Shown here in pieces: positions 47,401-55,758 of a stretch of DNA of 64,000 nucleotides (position 1 is the first letter of the stretch; every line of letters starts with the position of its first letter). A program made the translations under genes and the position numbers. The notes beneath the pieces were generated by a model that was given only the letters and a program-made list of their open reading frames with translations, was not told the origin of the DNA and ran no database searches. The stretch spans positions 231 to 64,230 of the forward strand of contig JAMIIA010000061.1 in NCBI GenBank assembly GCA_035913795.1. Direction: 5' to 3'. The stretch comes from Bacteroidales bacterium. GTDB taxonomy: Bacteria; Bacteroidota; Bacteroidia; Bacteroidales; UBA10428.

Positions 47401-48753
47401 TCAGAATGTCAGCGTAAATACTGTTTCTTTTTCTGGTATCGAATGGGCTGAAATCGAACCATTGTGCAAGCGCATAATCTGCCTCGACAAAGAAAGTCCA
47501 ATCCCCGAACCGCTTGGTTTTGTTGTGAAAAAGGGAATAAATACTTTATCAAGTACATCGGGTAATATTCCAGGCCCATTGTCTGTAACCTGCAGGCTTA
47601 CCTTTCCCCTTTTGTTGTAAAACCCAACGAGGCTGAGTTTGGCTTTTGCTCTACCTTGTAAAGCTTGGGCAGCATTTTTTATCAGATTAATAAGCACCTG
47701 TTCAATTAATTGTCCGTCAGCTGTAAGGGAGATATTATCCGGGTCGAGTTTAATTTCAAGTCCGATATTTTTGCTTTTAAGTTCTTCGTTCATCAAATTA
47801 CTTACATTGGCAAATACTTCGGAAAGTCGGCAAACACCAAAATTAGGTTGGGGTATTTTAGTAAGATTACGGTAGGTATTGACAAAGTGAAGCAAGCCAT
47901 TGCTTCGTTTGTTAATTGTTTGCAAAGCGTGGTTAATTTCATCGAGACTTTCCTGATCAAATAAGTAGTTACCCAATTCATTCTTTTTAAGATGCTGGGT
48001 TAAACCAGTGAGGGTGGTGGCAATACTTGAAATAGGAGCAATGGAATTCATAATTTCATGTGTCAGTACCCTGATTAGCTTTTGCCAGGCATCAGTTTCC
48101 TGCTCTTCGAGTACGTTTTGAATATCTTTGATCGTTACCAGGGTAATAAGCTTATCTTTTACTTTAAAGGTCGAGGAGGAGATGGTTAATTGCAGAAAGC
48201 CTTCTATATCCTGAACCTTTACTAACTCATTTTGGCCAGGTTGAATGCTAAAAAGTTTTTTAACAAGTTCTTTGCTAAAGACTTCCAGTGCCTGAATATT
48301 GCGCAATCCACTTACCTGAAAGAGTTTTTTAGCAGCCTTGTTTATTAATTCAATGGTACCATCAACCCGATAGGCAATTACACTTACATCGATGTTTTGC
48401 AATATATTTTGCAAATAATAGAAGTGTTCTTCCTTTTCGGTCCTCACTCGCTGAAAGTCATTAATAACTTCGTTAAAAGCATGGTTTAATTCGCTAAACG
48501 ATGCTCCCATGTTTTGAAAATTGAACGATTGCGAAAATTCGGAATACCTTATAGATTCGAGAAGATTAGCCAATTCGCGGTTAGTTTTGTCGGCATAACG
48601 GATAAGTGAAACCACTAAAAAGATAATGATACCACTTACAATAAAAGGAGTAAAAAAGAAATTGATGGAAAAGGAATAATAGAAAAGAAAGACTGCCATT
48701 ACAATTAGCAGAATTCTAATAATAATATTAAAACGGTAGTTTTTAAAGCTCAT
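47401..48753 (-). CDS. Sensor histidine kinase (NtrB/NtrY-like)
   Basis: 450-aa ORF. Two N-terminal TM helices, PAS-like middle region, H-box LTHEIMNSIAPI, N-box LIKNAAQAL, G-boxes DNGPGI and TTKPSGSGIGLSLS. 11-nt overlap with the regulator gene. Confidence 0.85.
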   Translation of the reverse strand: MSFKNYRFNIIIRILLIVMAVFLFYYSFSINFFFTPFIVSGIIIFLVVSLIRYADKTNRELANLLESIRYSEFSQSFNFQNMGASFSELNHAFNEVINDFQRVRTEKEEHFYYLQNILQNIDVSVIAYRVDGTIELINKAAKKLFQVSGLRNIQALEVFSKELVKKLFSIQPGQNELVKVQDIEGFLQLTISSSTFKVKDKLITLVTIKDIQNVLEEQETDAWQKLIRVLTHEIMNSIAPISSIATTLTGLTQHLKKNELGNYLFDQESLDEINHALQTINKRSNGLLHFVNTYRNLTKIPQPNFGVCRLSEVFANVSNLMNEELKSKNIGLEIKLDPDNISLTADGQLIEQVLINLIKNAAQALQGRAKAKLSLVGFYNKRGKVSLQVTDNGPGILPDVLDKVFIPFFTTKPSGSGIGLSLSRQIMRLHNGSISAHSIPEKETVFTLTF

Positions 48754-50119
48754 GTTTTTCCATTCTGCGATAAAGCGAGGTTCTGGTCAATCCAAGTTCT
48801 TTGGCGGCTTTTGTAATGTTACCCTCGTTTTGCTTGAGTACTTTGGTAATAATTTTGCGTTCTATTTCATCGAGGTTATAAGAATCTATTTCCATTTCTG
48901 CTTGTTTCTTCCGGGTTTGATTTAAAAAGAAATCGTCTGCATCGAGCGATCCGGATTCGCACATAATAACACCTCTTTCAATGGCATGTTGGAGCTCTCT
49001 TACATTCCCCGGCCAGGAATAAGCAGCTAGCTTTTTTAAAGCCTGGGTCGTGACTTTTCCTGAGTTTTTCTTATACTTTTTGGCGTAAATTTTAACAAAA
49101 TGGTCAGTTAAAACCGGAATATCGCCAGTGCGTTCGCGCAGGGGTGGGAGGTGAATCTCCACGGTGTTAATTCTATAGAGTAAATCCTGACGAAAAGTGC
49201 CATAATCCAGCATCTCGTAAACATTGTTATTGGTAGCGCAAATTAAACGAACATCAATGTTTGTGGGGTGATTGTCTCCTACTCTTGTAACCTCTTTTCT
49301 TTCAATTACAGTAAGCAGTTTAGCCTGCAAAGGCAAAGAAAGGTTGCCAATTTCGTCGAGGAATAGTGTGCCGCCAGACGCTATTTCAAAACGGCCGGGC
49401 TTGTCTTTCTTTGCATCGGTAAAGGAACCTTTCACATGACCAAATAATTCACTTTCGAATAAGGTTTCTGTAATCGAACCAAGGTCTACATTCACAAATA
49501 CATTGTTATTGCGGTTGCTATTGCGGTAGATCGCTCTGGCTACCAATTCTTTTCCAGTACCGTTTTCGCCCAATATCAGCACGTTTGCATCAGTCTTTGC
49601 TACTTTTTGTATGGTGCTGAATACTTCTTCCATTTCTGGCGATTTGCCAATAAAATCCTGAAAAGGCTGATCGGTGATCGCGGTTATTGCTTCCTGTTTG
49701 TTGCGCAGAAGGGTAATTTCTTTTCTCGATCTGCGAATTTCGAGGGCTGCAGACAAGGTTGCCAGCAACTTCTCGTTTTGCCAGGGTTTAAGTACAAAAT
49801 CTGTAGCCCCTGCCTTTATTGATTGAACAGCCTTTTCCGAATCGCCATAGGCAGTTATAAATACGACTACAGCCTTCGGGTCGAACTCCAGAATTTTGGC
49901 TAACCAATCGAATCCCTCTTTTCCACTGCTGGCATCTCGTGTAAAATTCATATCGAGTAGAATTACATCGTATTCTTCCACTTTAAGCAAGTCCAACACC
50001 CTCATTGGCGACGATAGGGTTGTAATTTTCTCTACCTGAGGCTTAAGCAATAATTTTAATGCAAATAAAATATCTTCGTTATCGTCTATGGCCAAAAATT
50101 TTCCTTTAAGTTGTTCCAT
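48743..50119 (-). CDS. Sigma-54-dependent response regulator (NtrC family bEBP)
   Basis: ORF open to 50248; MEQLKGKFLAIDDNEDIL at 50119 is the likely start. Receiver domain (DVILLDMNF, LKPW). AAA+ domain with GENGTGKE and ESELFGHVKGSFTDA (the GAFTGA loop reads GSFTDA). C-terminal Fis-type HTH (ITKAAKELGLTRTSLYRRM). Confidence 0.9.
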   Translation of the reverse strand: MEQLKGKFLAIDDNEDILFALKLLLKPQVEKITTLSSPMRVLDLLKVEEYDVILLDMNFTRDASSGKEGFDWLAKILEFDPKAVVVFITAYGDSEKAVQSIKAGATDFVLKPWQNEKLLATLSAALEIRRSRKEITLLRNKQEAITAITDQPFQDFIGKSPEMEEVFSTIQKVAKTDANVLILGENGTGKELVARAIYRNSNRNNNVFVNVDLGSITETLFESELFGHVKGSFTDAKKDKPGRFEIASGGTLFLDEIGNLSLPLQAKLLTVIERKEVTRVGDNHPTNIDVRLICATNNNVYEMLDYGTFRQDLLYRINTVEIHLPPLRERTGDIPVLTDHFVKIYAKKYKKNSGKVTTQALKKLAAYSWPGNVRELQHAIERGVIMCESGSLDADDFFLNQTRKKQAEMEIDSYNLDEIERKIITKVLKQNEGNITKAAKELGLTRTSLYRRMEKHEL

Positions 50120-50250
50120 TTGCAGTGCTTGTTTAAGAGAAATGAAATGTACGAAATCGTACTTATTTTGTAGCAATTGCGAACAGAAAAATTTTATATG
50201 AGCTTTATACTGCCTATTTAAATATATGAAATACAATACAATATCCATGT

Positions 50251-50266
50251 TGGCATAAAAGATGCT
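50251..50266 (+). promoter_or_regulatory. Candidate sigma-54 (-24/-12) promoter upstream of the ABC ATPase gene
   Basis: TGGCAT-aaaag-ATGCT, with GG (50252-53) and GC (50264-65) separated by exactly 10 nt as in TGGCAC-N5-TTGCW. It ends 34 nt before the ATG at 50300 and sits next to a divergent sigma-54 activator gene. Confidence 0.55.
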
Positions 50267-50299
50267 TTCAGCTGGCTTCAGATTTAACAGTTTTACAGA

Positions 50300-50983
50300 A
50301 TGATTCGAACTGAAAATTTATCGAAAACAATACTCAAGCAAGGCATCGGGGTTTCTATTCTTAAAAATATCAACCTTGCTGTGGAACAGTCTGAGTTCGT
50401 TGCTATTTATGGTCCTTCTGGCAGTGGTAAAAGCAGCCTTGTTAACATACTTGGTATGCTGGATTCATGTACCAGCGGTTTTTATTGGTTAAACGAAACA
50501 GAAGTAAGCTGTTTTAATGATCCGCAGCGCACCCGTTTCCGAAAAGGGATTATCGGCTATGTATTTCAGAGTTTCAATTTACTCGATGAGCTAAATGTTT
50601 TTAAGAATGTGGAATTGCCTCTAATGTACCTCGATATACCAACCAGAGTAAGACATCGTATGGTGAACGAAGTGCTGGAGCGGGTCAATCTCTCTCACCT
50701 GCATCACAAGTTGCCTGAACAATTATCATACAGCCAACAGCAAAAAGTAGCCATTGCCAGAGCAATAGTGAGTTCACCTAAGCTTCTGATTGCAGATGAG
50801 CCCGTTGGAAACCTTGATTCAAAAGCAGGAAGTGAAATTATGGAACTACTCACTGAAATAAATAACACTGGAATTACTCTTATATTAGCAACCCATTCCA
50901 TGGCTGAGGCCCAAAAAGCCAATCGTATCATTCAGTTGTTCGATGGGGAGATTTTATCGGAGAATTTGCGCAAAGCCATTTAA
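50300..50983 (+). CDS. ABC transporter ATP-binding protein (MacB/LolD-like) with atypical signature motif
   Basis: 227-aa ORF. Walker A GPSGSGKSS, Q-loop, Walker B LLIADEPVGNLD, H-loop ATHS. The signature motif reads LSYSQQQ instead of LSGGQ. Confidence 0.9.
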   Translation: MIRTENLSKTILKQGIGVSILKNINLAVEQSEFVAIYGPSGSGKSSLVNILGMLDSCTSGFYWLNETEVSCFNDPQRTRFRKGIIGYVFQSFNLLDELNVFKNVELPLMYLDIPTRVRHRMVNEVLERVNLSHLHHKLPEQLSYSQQQKVAIARAIVSSPKLLIADEPVGNLDSKAGSEIMELLTEINNTGITLILATHSMAEAQKANRIIQLFDGEILSENLRKAI

Positions 50984-51004
50984 AAAACGTTTAAACTACC
51001 AAGC

Positions 51005-52342
51005 ATGAAGTATCTATTTTCAACTTTTGTATCCGTTCTGCTTTTATCAAGTCAAACTTTATTCTCTCAAAAGCAATGGTCGTTAACAGAGTGTATCGAT
51101 TATGCACATGCCAATAATTTACAGGTTAAACAGGCCCAATATCAGGCAAGTATGGCAAGCAACGATTTATTTCAATCGAAACTAAACCTTTTGCCCGATT
51201 TAAATGCCGAAGCTGGACGTAATTATAGTTACGGATATGGTCTTAATCCGACTACGAACGATTTTAGCAATACAAGTAATATCTCCGACAATTATGCTTT
51301 GAATTCAAGTGTAAGCTTGTTTTCGGGTTTAACAAATTACAATACCATTAAGCTAAATGAGTACAATACGCTCAGTAAAATGCAAGAGGTTGAAAAGGAA
51401 AAAATTGAATTAACCCTGGATATTGCCTCGGCTTATTTGCAGATTCTCTTTAGCCGCGAGTTGCTTGACGTAGCAATAAGCCAGCGCGATATCGCCAAAC
51501 TGCAAGTTGAACGTACCAGCAAGCTGGTGGAGGCAGGAAGTGTTGCCAGAGGCGATTTGTTGGAAATAAAGGCTCAGCTGGCCGCAGAAGAATACAATGT
51601 AACCTCGAAGCAAAATGAAAAGGAGATTGCATACCTGAATCTTACACAATTACTAGATCTTAAATCGGCCGAAGGTTTTGATGTGGTAATTCCGGCAACC
51701 ATCGACTCGAATCTTTCGAGCCCTGTAACCGATGTGTCTATTGTTTATTCCGAAGCTCTCTTATTTTTACCCCATATTAAAAGTGCCGAATACATAGTTC
51801 AGGCCAACGAAAAATATTATCTGGTTCAAAAAGGAAGGTTAAGTCCATCACTTTTTGCCAGAGGTTCATGGACAACAGCATATTCGAACCAGAATACCGA
51901 TCCTGCTGGTATCCGATACCCATACTTCGAGCAATTGGATAATTTTTCCAATAAAAATTTATCGCTTGGTATACAAGTTCCGATTTTCAACAAATGGATG
52001 GTTAAAAATGACATCAGCAATGCGCGTATTGGGGTAATGTCTGCCGAAAACACACTCAATCTCACAAAACAACAACTGTACAAAGAAATTCAACAATCTT
52101 ATATCGATGCAGTTTCTTCGTCCGACAAGTATAAATCAGCTTACGAGGCGGTAGAATCTTACCGGGAGGCATTTTCTTATACCGAACAAAAGTTCAATGT
52201 AGGTATAGTGAATTCGGTGGATTATAATATTGCGAAAAACAATTACATAAAAGCACAATCGGAATTGCTCAAAGCAAAATACGAGTACGTGTTTGCAGTT
52301 AAAATTCTTGATTTCTACAGAGGCATAGCCATTACATTGTAA
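51005..52342 (+). CDS. TolC-family outer membrane efflux protein
   Basis: 445-aa ORF with signal peptide. Two OEP repeats with typical starts (WSLTECIDYAHANNLQVK..) and coiled-coil/beta pattern. C-terminal ..ILDFYRG. Confidence 0.9.
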   Translation: MKYLFSTFVSVLLLSSQTLFSQKQWSLTECIDYAHANNLQVKQAQYQASMASNDLFQSKLNLLPDLNAEAGRNYSYGYGLNPTTNDFSNTSNISDNYALNSSVSLFSGLTNYNTIKLNEYNTLSKMQEVEKEKIELTLDIASAYLQILFSRELLDVAISQRDIAKLQVERTSKLVEAGSVARGDLLEIKAQLAAEEYNVTSKQNEKEIAYLNLTQLLDLKSAEGFDVVIPATIDSNLSSPVTDVSIVYSEALLFLPHIKSAEYIVQANEKYYLVQKGRLSPSLFARGSWTTAYSNQNTDPAGIRYPYFEQLDNFSNKNLSLGIQVPIFNKWMVKNDISNARIGVMSAENTLNLTKQQLYKEIQQSYIDAVSSSDKYKSAYEAVESYREAFSYTEQKFNVGIVNSVDYNIAKNNYIKAQSELLKAKYEYVFAVKILDFYRGIAITL

Positions 52343-52385
52343 ATGCAAGGCTTACAAATTTCCGTTAAGTGGGAGAGAATTTCTG

Positions 52386-52886
52386 CTAAAGGCTTTTCTC
52401 AAATGCCAGATAGGGATTCTGTTGAAATTTTGAGTGAAACTGGCCGGTTTGGTTAAACCCCATGTTGGAGCAGAAGTTGAAGGCTCCTTCAATACCACTG
52501 TAAATATCCATTCTGATGGCGCTGAATGCGTTTTTCTTAGAATATTCTTCTGCAAAGGCCACTAGTTTTTTAGCAATACCTTTACCTTGCCAGAGAGGGT
52601 GAACGGCCAGAAATCGTATGAACAATACTTTATTGCTTTTTCCTTGCCAATCGATAGGCTTGTATTCTTCGGGTTCGTCCTGGCTGAGAATAATCATTCC
52701 CTTAGCTACTTCATTTTCCCGACATAAATAGAGTGTGTTATTTTCGATGCAGCTTAAAAGGTAGTTGGCTCCAGGATAGGCATTATTCCAATGCTTTTGT
52801 CCCTTTTCGTTCATATCGCTAACGCACACCTTTACCAGGTATAGTATTTCAACTAGATCCTGCAAAACAGCCTGCTGAATTTTCAT
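52386..52886 (-). CDS. GNAT family N-acetyltransferase
   Basis: 166-aa ORF. Acetyl-CoA binding motif A (FLAVHPLWQGKGIAKKLV) and C-terminal NMGF. Confidence 0.85.
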   Translation of the reverse strand: MKIQQAVLQDLVEILYLVKVCVSDMNEKGQKHWNNAYPGANYLLSCIENNTLYLCRENEVAKGMIILSQDEPEEYKPIDWQGKSNKVLFIRFLAVHPLWQGKGIAKKLVAFAEEYSKKNAFSAIRMDIYSGIEGAFNFCSNMGFNQTGQFHSKFQQNPYLAFEKSL

Positions 52887-53148
52887 CTAAAACGGGATTA
52901 GTATTGAATTACAAAACTATAAAATAAATATAGTAAAACCTTTTATTTTTTTTCTTCGTTGCCAGGTCTGGTCATAAACTTTTTGATAGCATTTATTCTC
53001 CATCCCGTTCTGTTTCATCAACAAGTTAGAAAAAATTTGGATGTAGATAGAATAAAAATGCAGATAATCTGTTAATAAAAATGAAATGTGGGTGGATATT
53101 ACCACCCTAAGAACGAACGAATCATTATTTTAGCAGCAAATTATTCTC

Positions 53149-54639
53149 ATGGGGGTTCGATTTTTACCTGTTTTATTGATTTCTATTTATCTGTTTACCG
53201 CTTCTGGTTGCGACAAGGAAGAGTTTACAGCAAATCCGGAAGACCGGATTCGAATTTCATTGGATACCCTAAGCTTCGATACCGTTTTTACTGAACAGGC
53301 CACTGTTACCCGTTTGTTCAAAATTTATAATCCGCACGATCTATCCATTCAACTTTCGCGTGTATATGTTAAAGGTGGCGCATCAGCAGGTTTTAGGCTA
53401 AATGTCGACGGGTTGCCGGGAACTGATTTGAAGAACATTATTTTGCCACCCAAAGACAGCCTTTACATTTTTGTGGTCCTTACCCTCGATCCGGTTGGTG
53501 GCAATTTGCCTTTAGTGGTTTACGATGCCATTGTGTTCGAATACAATGGTACAGAAAGTCAAATAACCTTAGAAGCTTTTGGTCAGGATGTTTTTCTTAT
53601 ACGGGGCACTTTGGCGGAATCAACCACCTGGACAGCCGCAAAACCCTATCTTATTTATCGGAATATAGTAATTGATGAAGATCAAACCCTTACCATCGAA
53701 GCAGGAGCCCGCATATATCTTCATTACAATGCAAGCATAGTAGTGTATGGGAAGCTAAAAGTTAATGGCACACTTGAGGCGCCGATTGTGTTCGAGGGCG
53801 ACCGCTTTGACCGTGGTTACGATGAGTCGGCCGGACGCTGGGGCACCATTGTATTCCAACCTGGAAGTACCGACAACCTTTTGCGCTATGCTATTATAAA
53901 AAATGCCCAGGCTGGATTACAGGTTGGTATTCCCGGTGAATTTGAGGTGCAACCCTCTGTTGTGTTGCATAATACATTGATACAAAACTCATCCTTTTCG
54001 AGCATTCTGGCTTTTGGTGCCCAGATCGAAGCGTATAATTGCATTTTTGCTGATGCCCGGTATTACAGTTTGATTTTGTTGATGGGTGGGGAGTATAACT
54101 TTTTTCACAGCACAATATCAATATATGGTGCGCTCGAAAAGAATGTAGCCGTTACAAGATATCTGCGTGGAAACCCTTCCAATGCCTTGTACCTATCCAA
54201 TTGGTACCCATATTATATTTTAAACGATTACTATCTGGTGGAAGAAAAAACAGCCAATGTTGAACTGGTATCTGCCAATTTCATAAATTCAATTGTTTAT
54301 GGCAACAACAAACTAGAGCTGGATAAGGATGATAATGGGCAAACAGCCTTTAACTTTCAGTTCGAAAATTGTATTCTTAAACAACTGGAAGATTCGGTGG
54401 AAGCATATGGCAGCGAGCATTTTAAAATGGTTATTCTAAACCAGGATCCACGGTTTGTAAACGATAGTATTTTATTAGGGCCATTGGATTTCAGACTCGA
54501 TACCCTATCACCAGCTATGGATGCCGGGTCGATGGACCAAGTGAATGCACGTTTACCCTATCTGCAATTCGATTACGATGGAAATGACCGCACCCTCGAT
54601 GGAAGGCCTGACCTGGGCGCATTTGAACGACAAGAATAA
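53149..54639 (+). CDS. Hypothetical lipoprotein, Ig-like N-domain plus probable right-handed beta-helix
   Basis: 496-aa ORF. Signal peptide with lipobox TASGC. N-terminal Ig-like segment (LSFDTVF..TRLFKIYNP..LSIQLSRVYV). Then beta-helix-like turns (LTIEAGARIYLHYNASIVVYGKLKVNGTLEAPIVFEG). The fold assignment is inference. Confidence 0.55.
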   Translation: MGVRFLPVLLISIYLFTASGCDKEEFTANPEDRIRISLDTLSFDTVFTEQATVTRLFKIYNPHDLSIQLSRVYVKGGASAGFRLNVDGLPGTDLKNIILPPKDSLYIFVVLTLDPVGGNLPLVVYDAIVFEYNGTESQITLEAFGQDVFLIRGTLAESTTWTAAKPYLIYRNIVIDEDQTLTIEAGARIYLHYNASIVVYGKLKVNGTLEAPIVFEGDRFDRGYDESAGRWGTIVFQPGSTDNLLRYAIIKNAQAGLQVGIPGEFEVQPSVVLHNTLIQNSSFSSILAFGAQIEAYNCIFADARYYSLILLMGGEYNFFHSTISIYGALEKNVAVTRYLRGNPSNALYLSNWYPYYILNDYYLVEEKTANVELVSANFINSIVYGNNKLELDKDDNGQTAFNFQFENCILKQLEDSVEAYGSEHFKMVILNQDPRFVNDSILLGPLDFRLDTLSPAMDAGSMDQVNARLPYLQFDYDGNDRTLDGRPDLGAFERQE

Positions 54640-55653
54640 ATGATAAGCCGGACATTTTTTTTGTTTTTAGTGCTTGTATTCCCCATACTTCCATCTAATT
54701 CGCAGGATGAGGAGATTAGGTTCTTTCAAATGATGTTTTACAATGTCGAAAACTTATTCGATACCATTGATAACCCGGCTACCAGCGACGAGGAGTTTCT
54801 TCCTGATGGCACCAATCAATGGAATTCCGCGCGGTATTGGCGAAAAGTAAAAAATCTTTATCAGGTGATAGCTGCTGCTGGCGATAGCCAGCCACCAGAG
54901 ATAATAGCCTTGTGCGAAGTAGAAGAAATTGCACCTTTGTTTCACTTGACGAGAAGCACTCCACTTTCGAAGTTTCAATATAGTATCGTGTATCACCCTT
55001 CGCCTGACGAGCGTGGTATCGAAGTGGCACTGCTGGTTCGAAACGATAAAGTAAAAATCATCTATCAGAAAGCAATCCACATCAGTTTTCCTTCAGATAC
55101 ACTGAATTTCACGCGCGATATTCTGCAGGTTGGATTGTTGATAGGTACCGATACTCTGAATGTCTTTGTCAACCACTGGCCTTCTCGCCGGGGAGGGCAG
55201 GCTCAGAGTGAACATCTGCGTTTGCATACAGCGCAAATGCTGCTCGGGGCAATAGACAGCCTGAAAAGAAATAATCCAGGGAGTAAGTGCGTGATCACGG
55301 GCGATTTTAACGATGAACCTGACAATGCAAGCATGCAATTGCTCACCAAAGGAACAAATATTATTAACCTATCGCAGGAGTTAAAGAAGTTTTGCAGGTG
55401 CGGCAGCATAAAGTATCAATCGTACTGGAGCATGTTTGATCAGTTTTTAGTGTCTGAGTCTTTGCTGGTTGGTAAGGGAATATATACAAAGAATTCAGCG
55501 ATTCGAATTCTGGAAAATCCATTTCTCTTGACCGCCGATTCTGTTTATGGGGGCAAGAAACCCTTGCGCACCTACCAGGGGCCGAGATACGTGGGAGGCT
55601 ATAGCGACCACTTGCCTGTGGTGTTAGAGTTCTTCTGGGCTACTTATCCTTAA
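54640..55653 (+). CDS. Secreted endonuclease/exonuclease/phosphatase (EEP) family protein
   Basis: 337-aa ORF whose ATG directly follows the upstream TAA. Signal peptide present. EEP motifs FYNVENLFD, ALCEVE, NHWPSRRGG, ITGDFNDEP, YSDHLPV. Confidence 0.85.
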   Translation: MISRTFFLFLVLVFPILPSNSQDEEIRFFQMMFYNVENLFDTIDNPATSDEEFLPDGTNQWNSARYWRKVKNLYQVIAAAGDSQPPEIIALCEVEEIAPLFHLTRSTPLSKFQYSIVYHPSPDERGIEVALLVRNDKVKIIYQKAIHISFPSDTLNFTRDILQVGLLIGTDTLNVFVNHWPSRRGGQAQSEHLRLHTAQMLLGAIDSLKRNNPGSKCVITGDFNDEPDNASMQLLTKGTNIINLSQELKKFCRCGSIKYQSYWSMFDQFLVSESLLVGKGIYTKNSAIRILENPFLLTADSVYGGKKPLRTYQGPRYVGGYSDHLPVVLEFFWATYP

Positions 55654-55758
55654 TAAGTGGGCTCCGCATTTTTAAAACCATCCAAAAAAAAACAAAAAAA
55701 TACCGCCATTTACATTGGAATAGGTTCTATCTTTAAAGTTTTTGACACTTATTAAAGA

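Noticed and set aside
50120-50248. A 43-codon N-terminal extension of the sigma-54 regulator in the ORF track (MDIVLYFIYLNRQYK..). Similar 5' extensions occur at 22917-22952, 28901-28945 and 39260-39313.
   Set aside because: The extensions have no homology-like content and would bury receiver-domain or signal-peptide N-termini. The 50120-50248 extension would also run up to the sigma-54 promoter. Internal ATGs give canonical N-termini (MEQLKGKFLAIDD, MKTNFF.. with its lipobox, MQSKRAVGF.. signal peptide, MTIAQIN).
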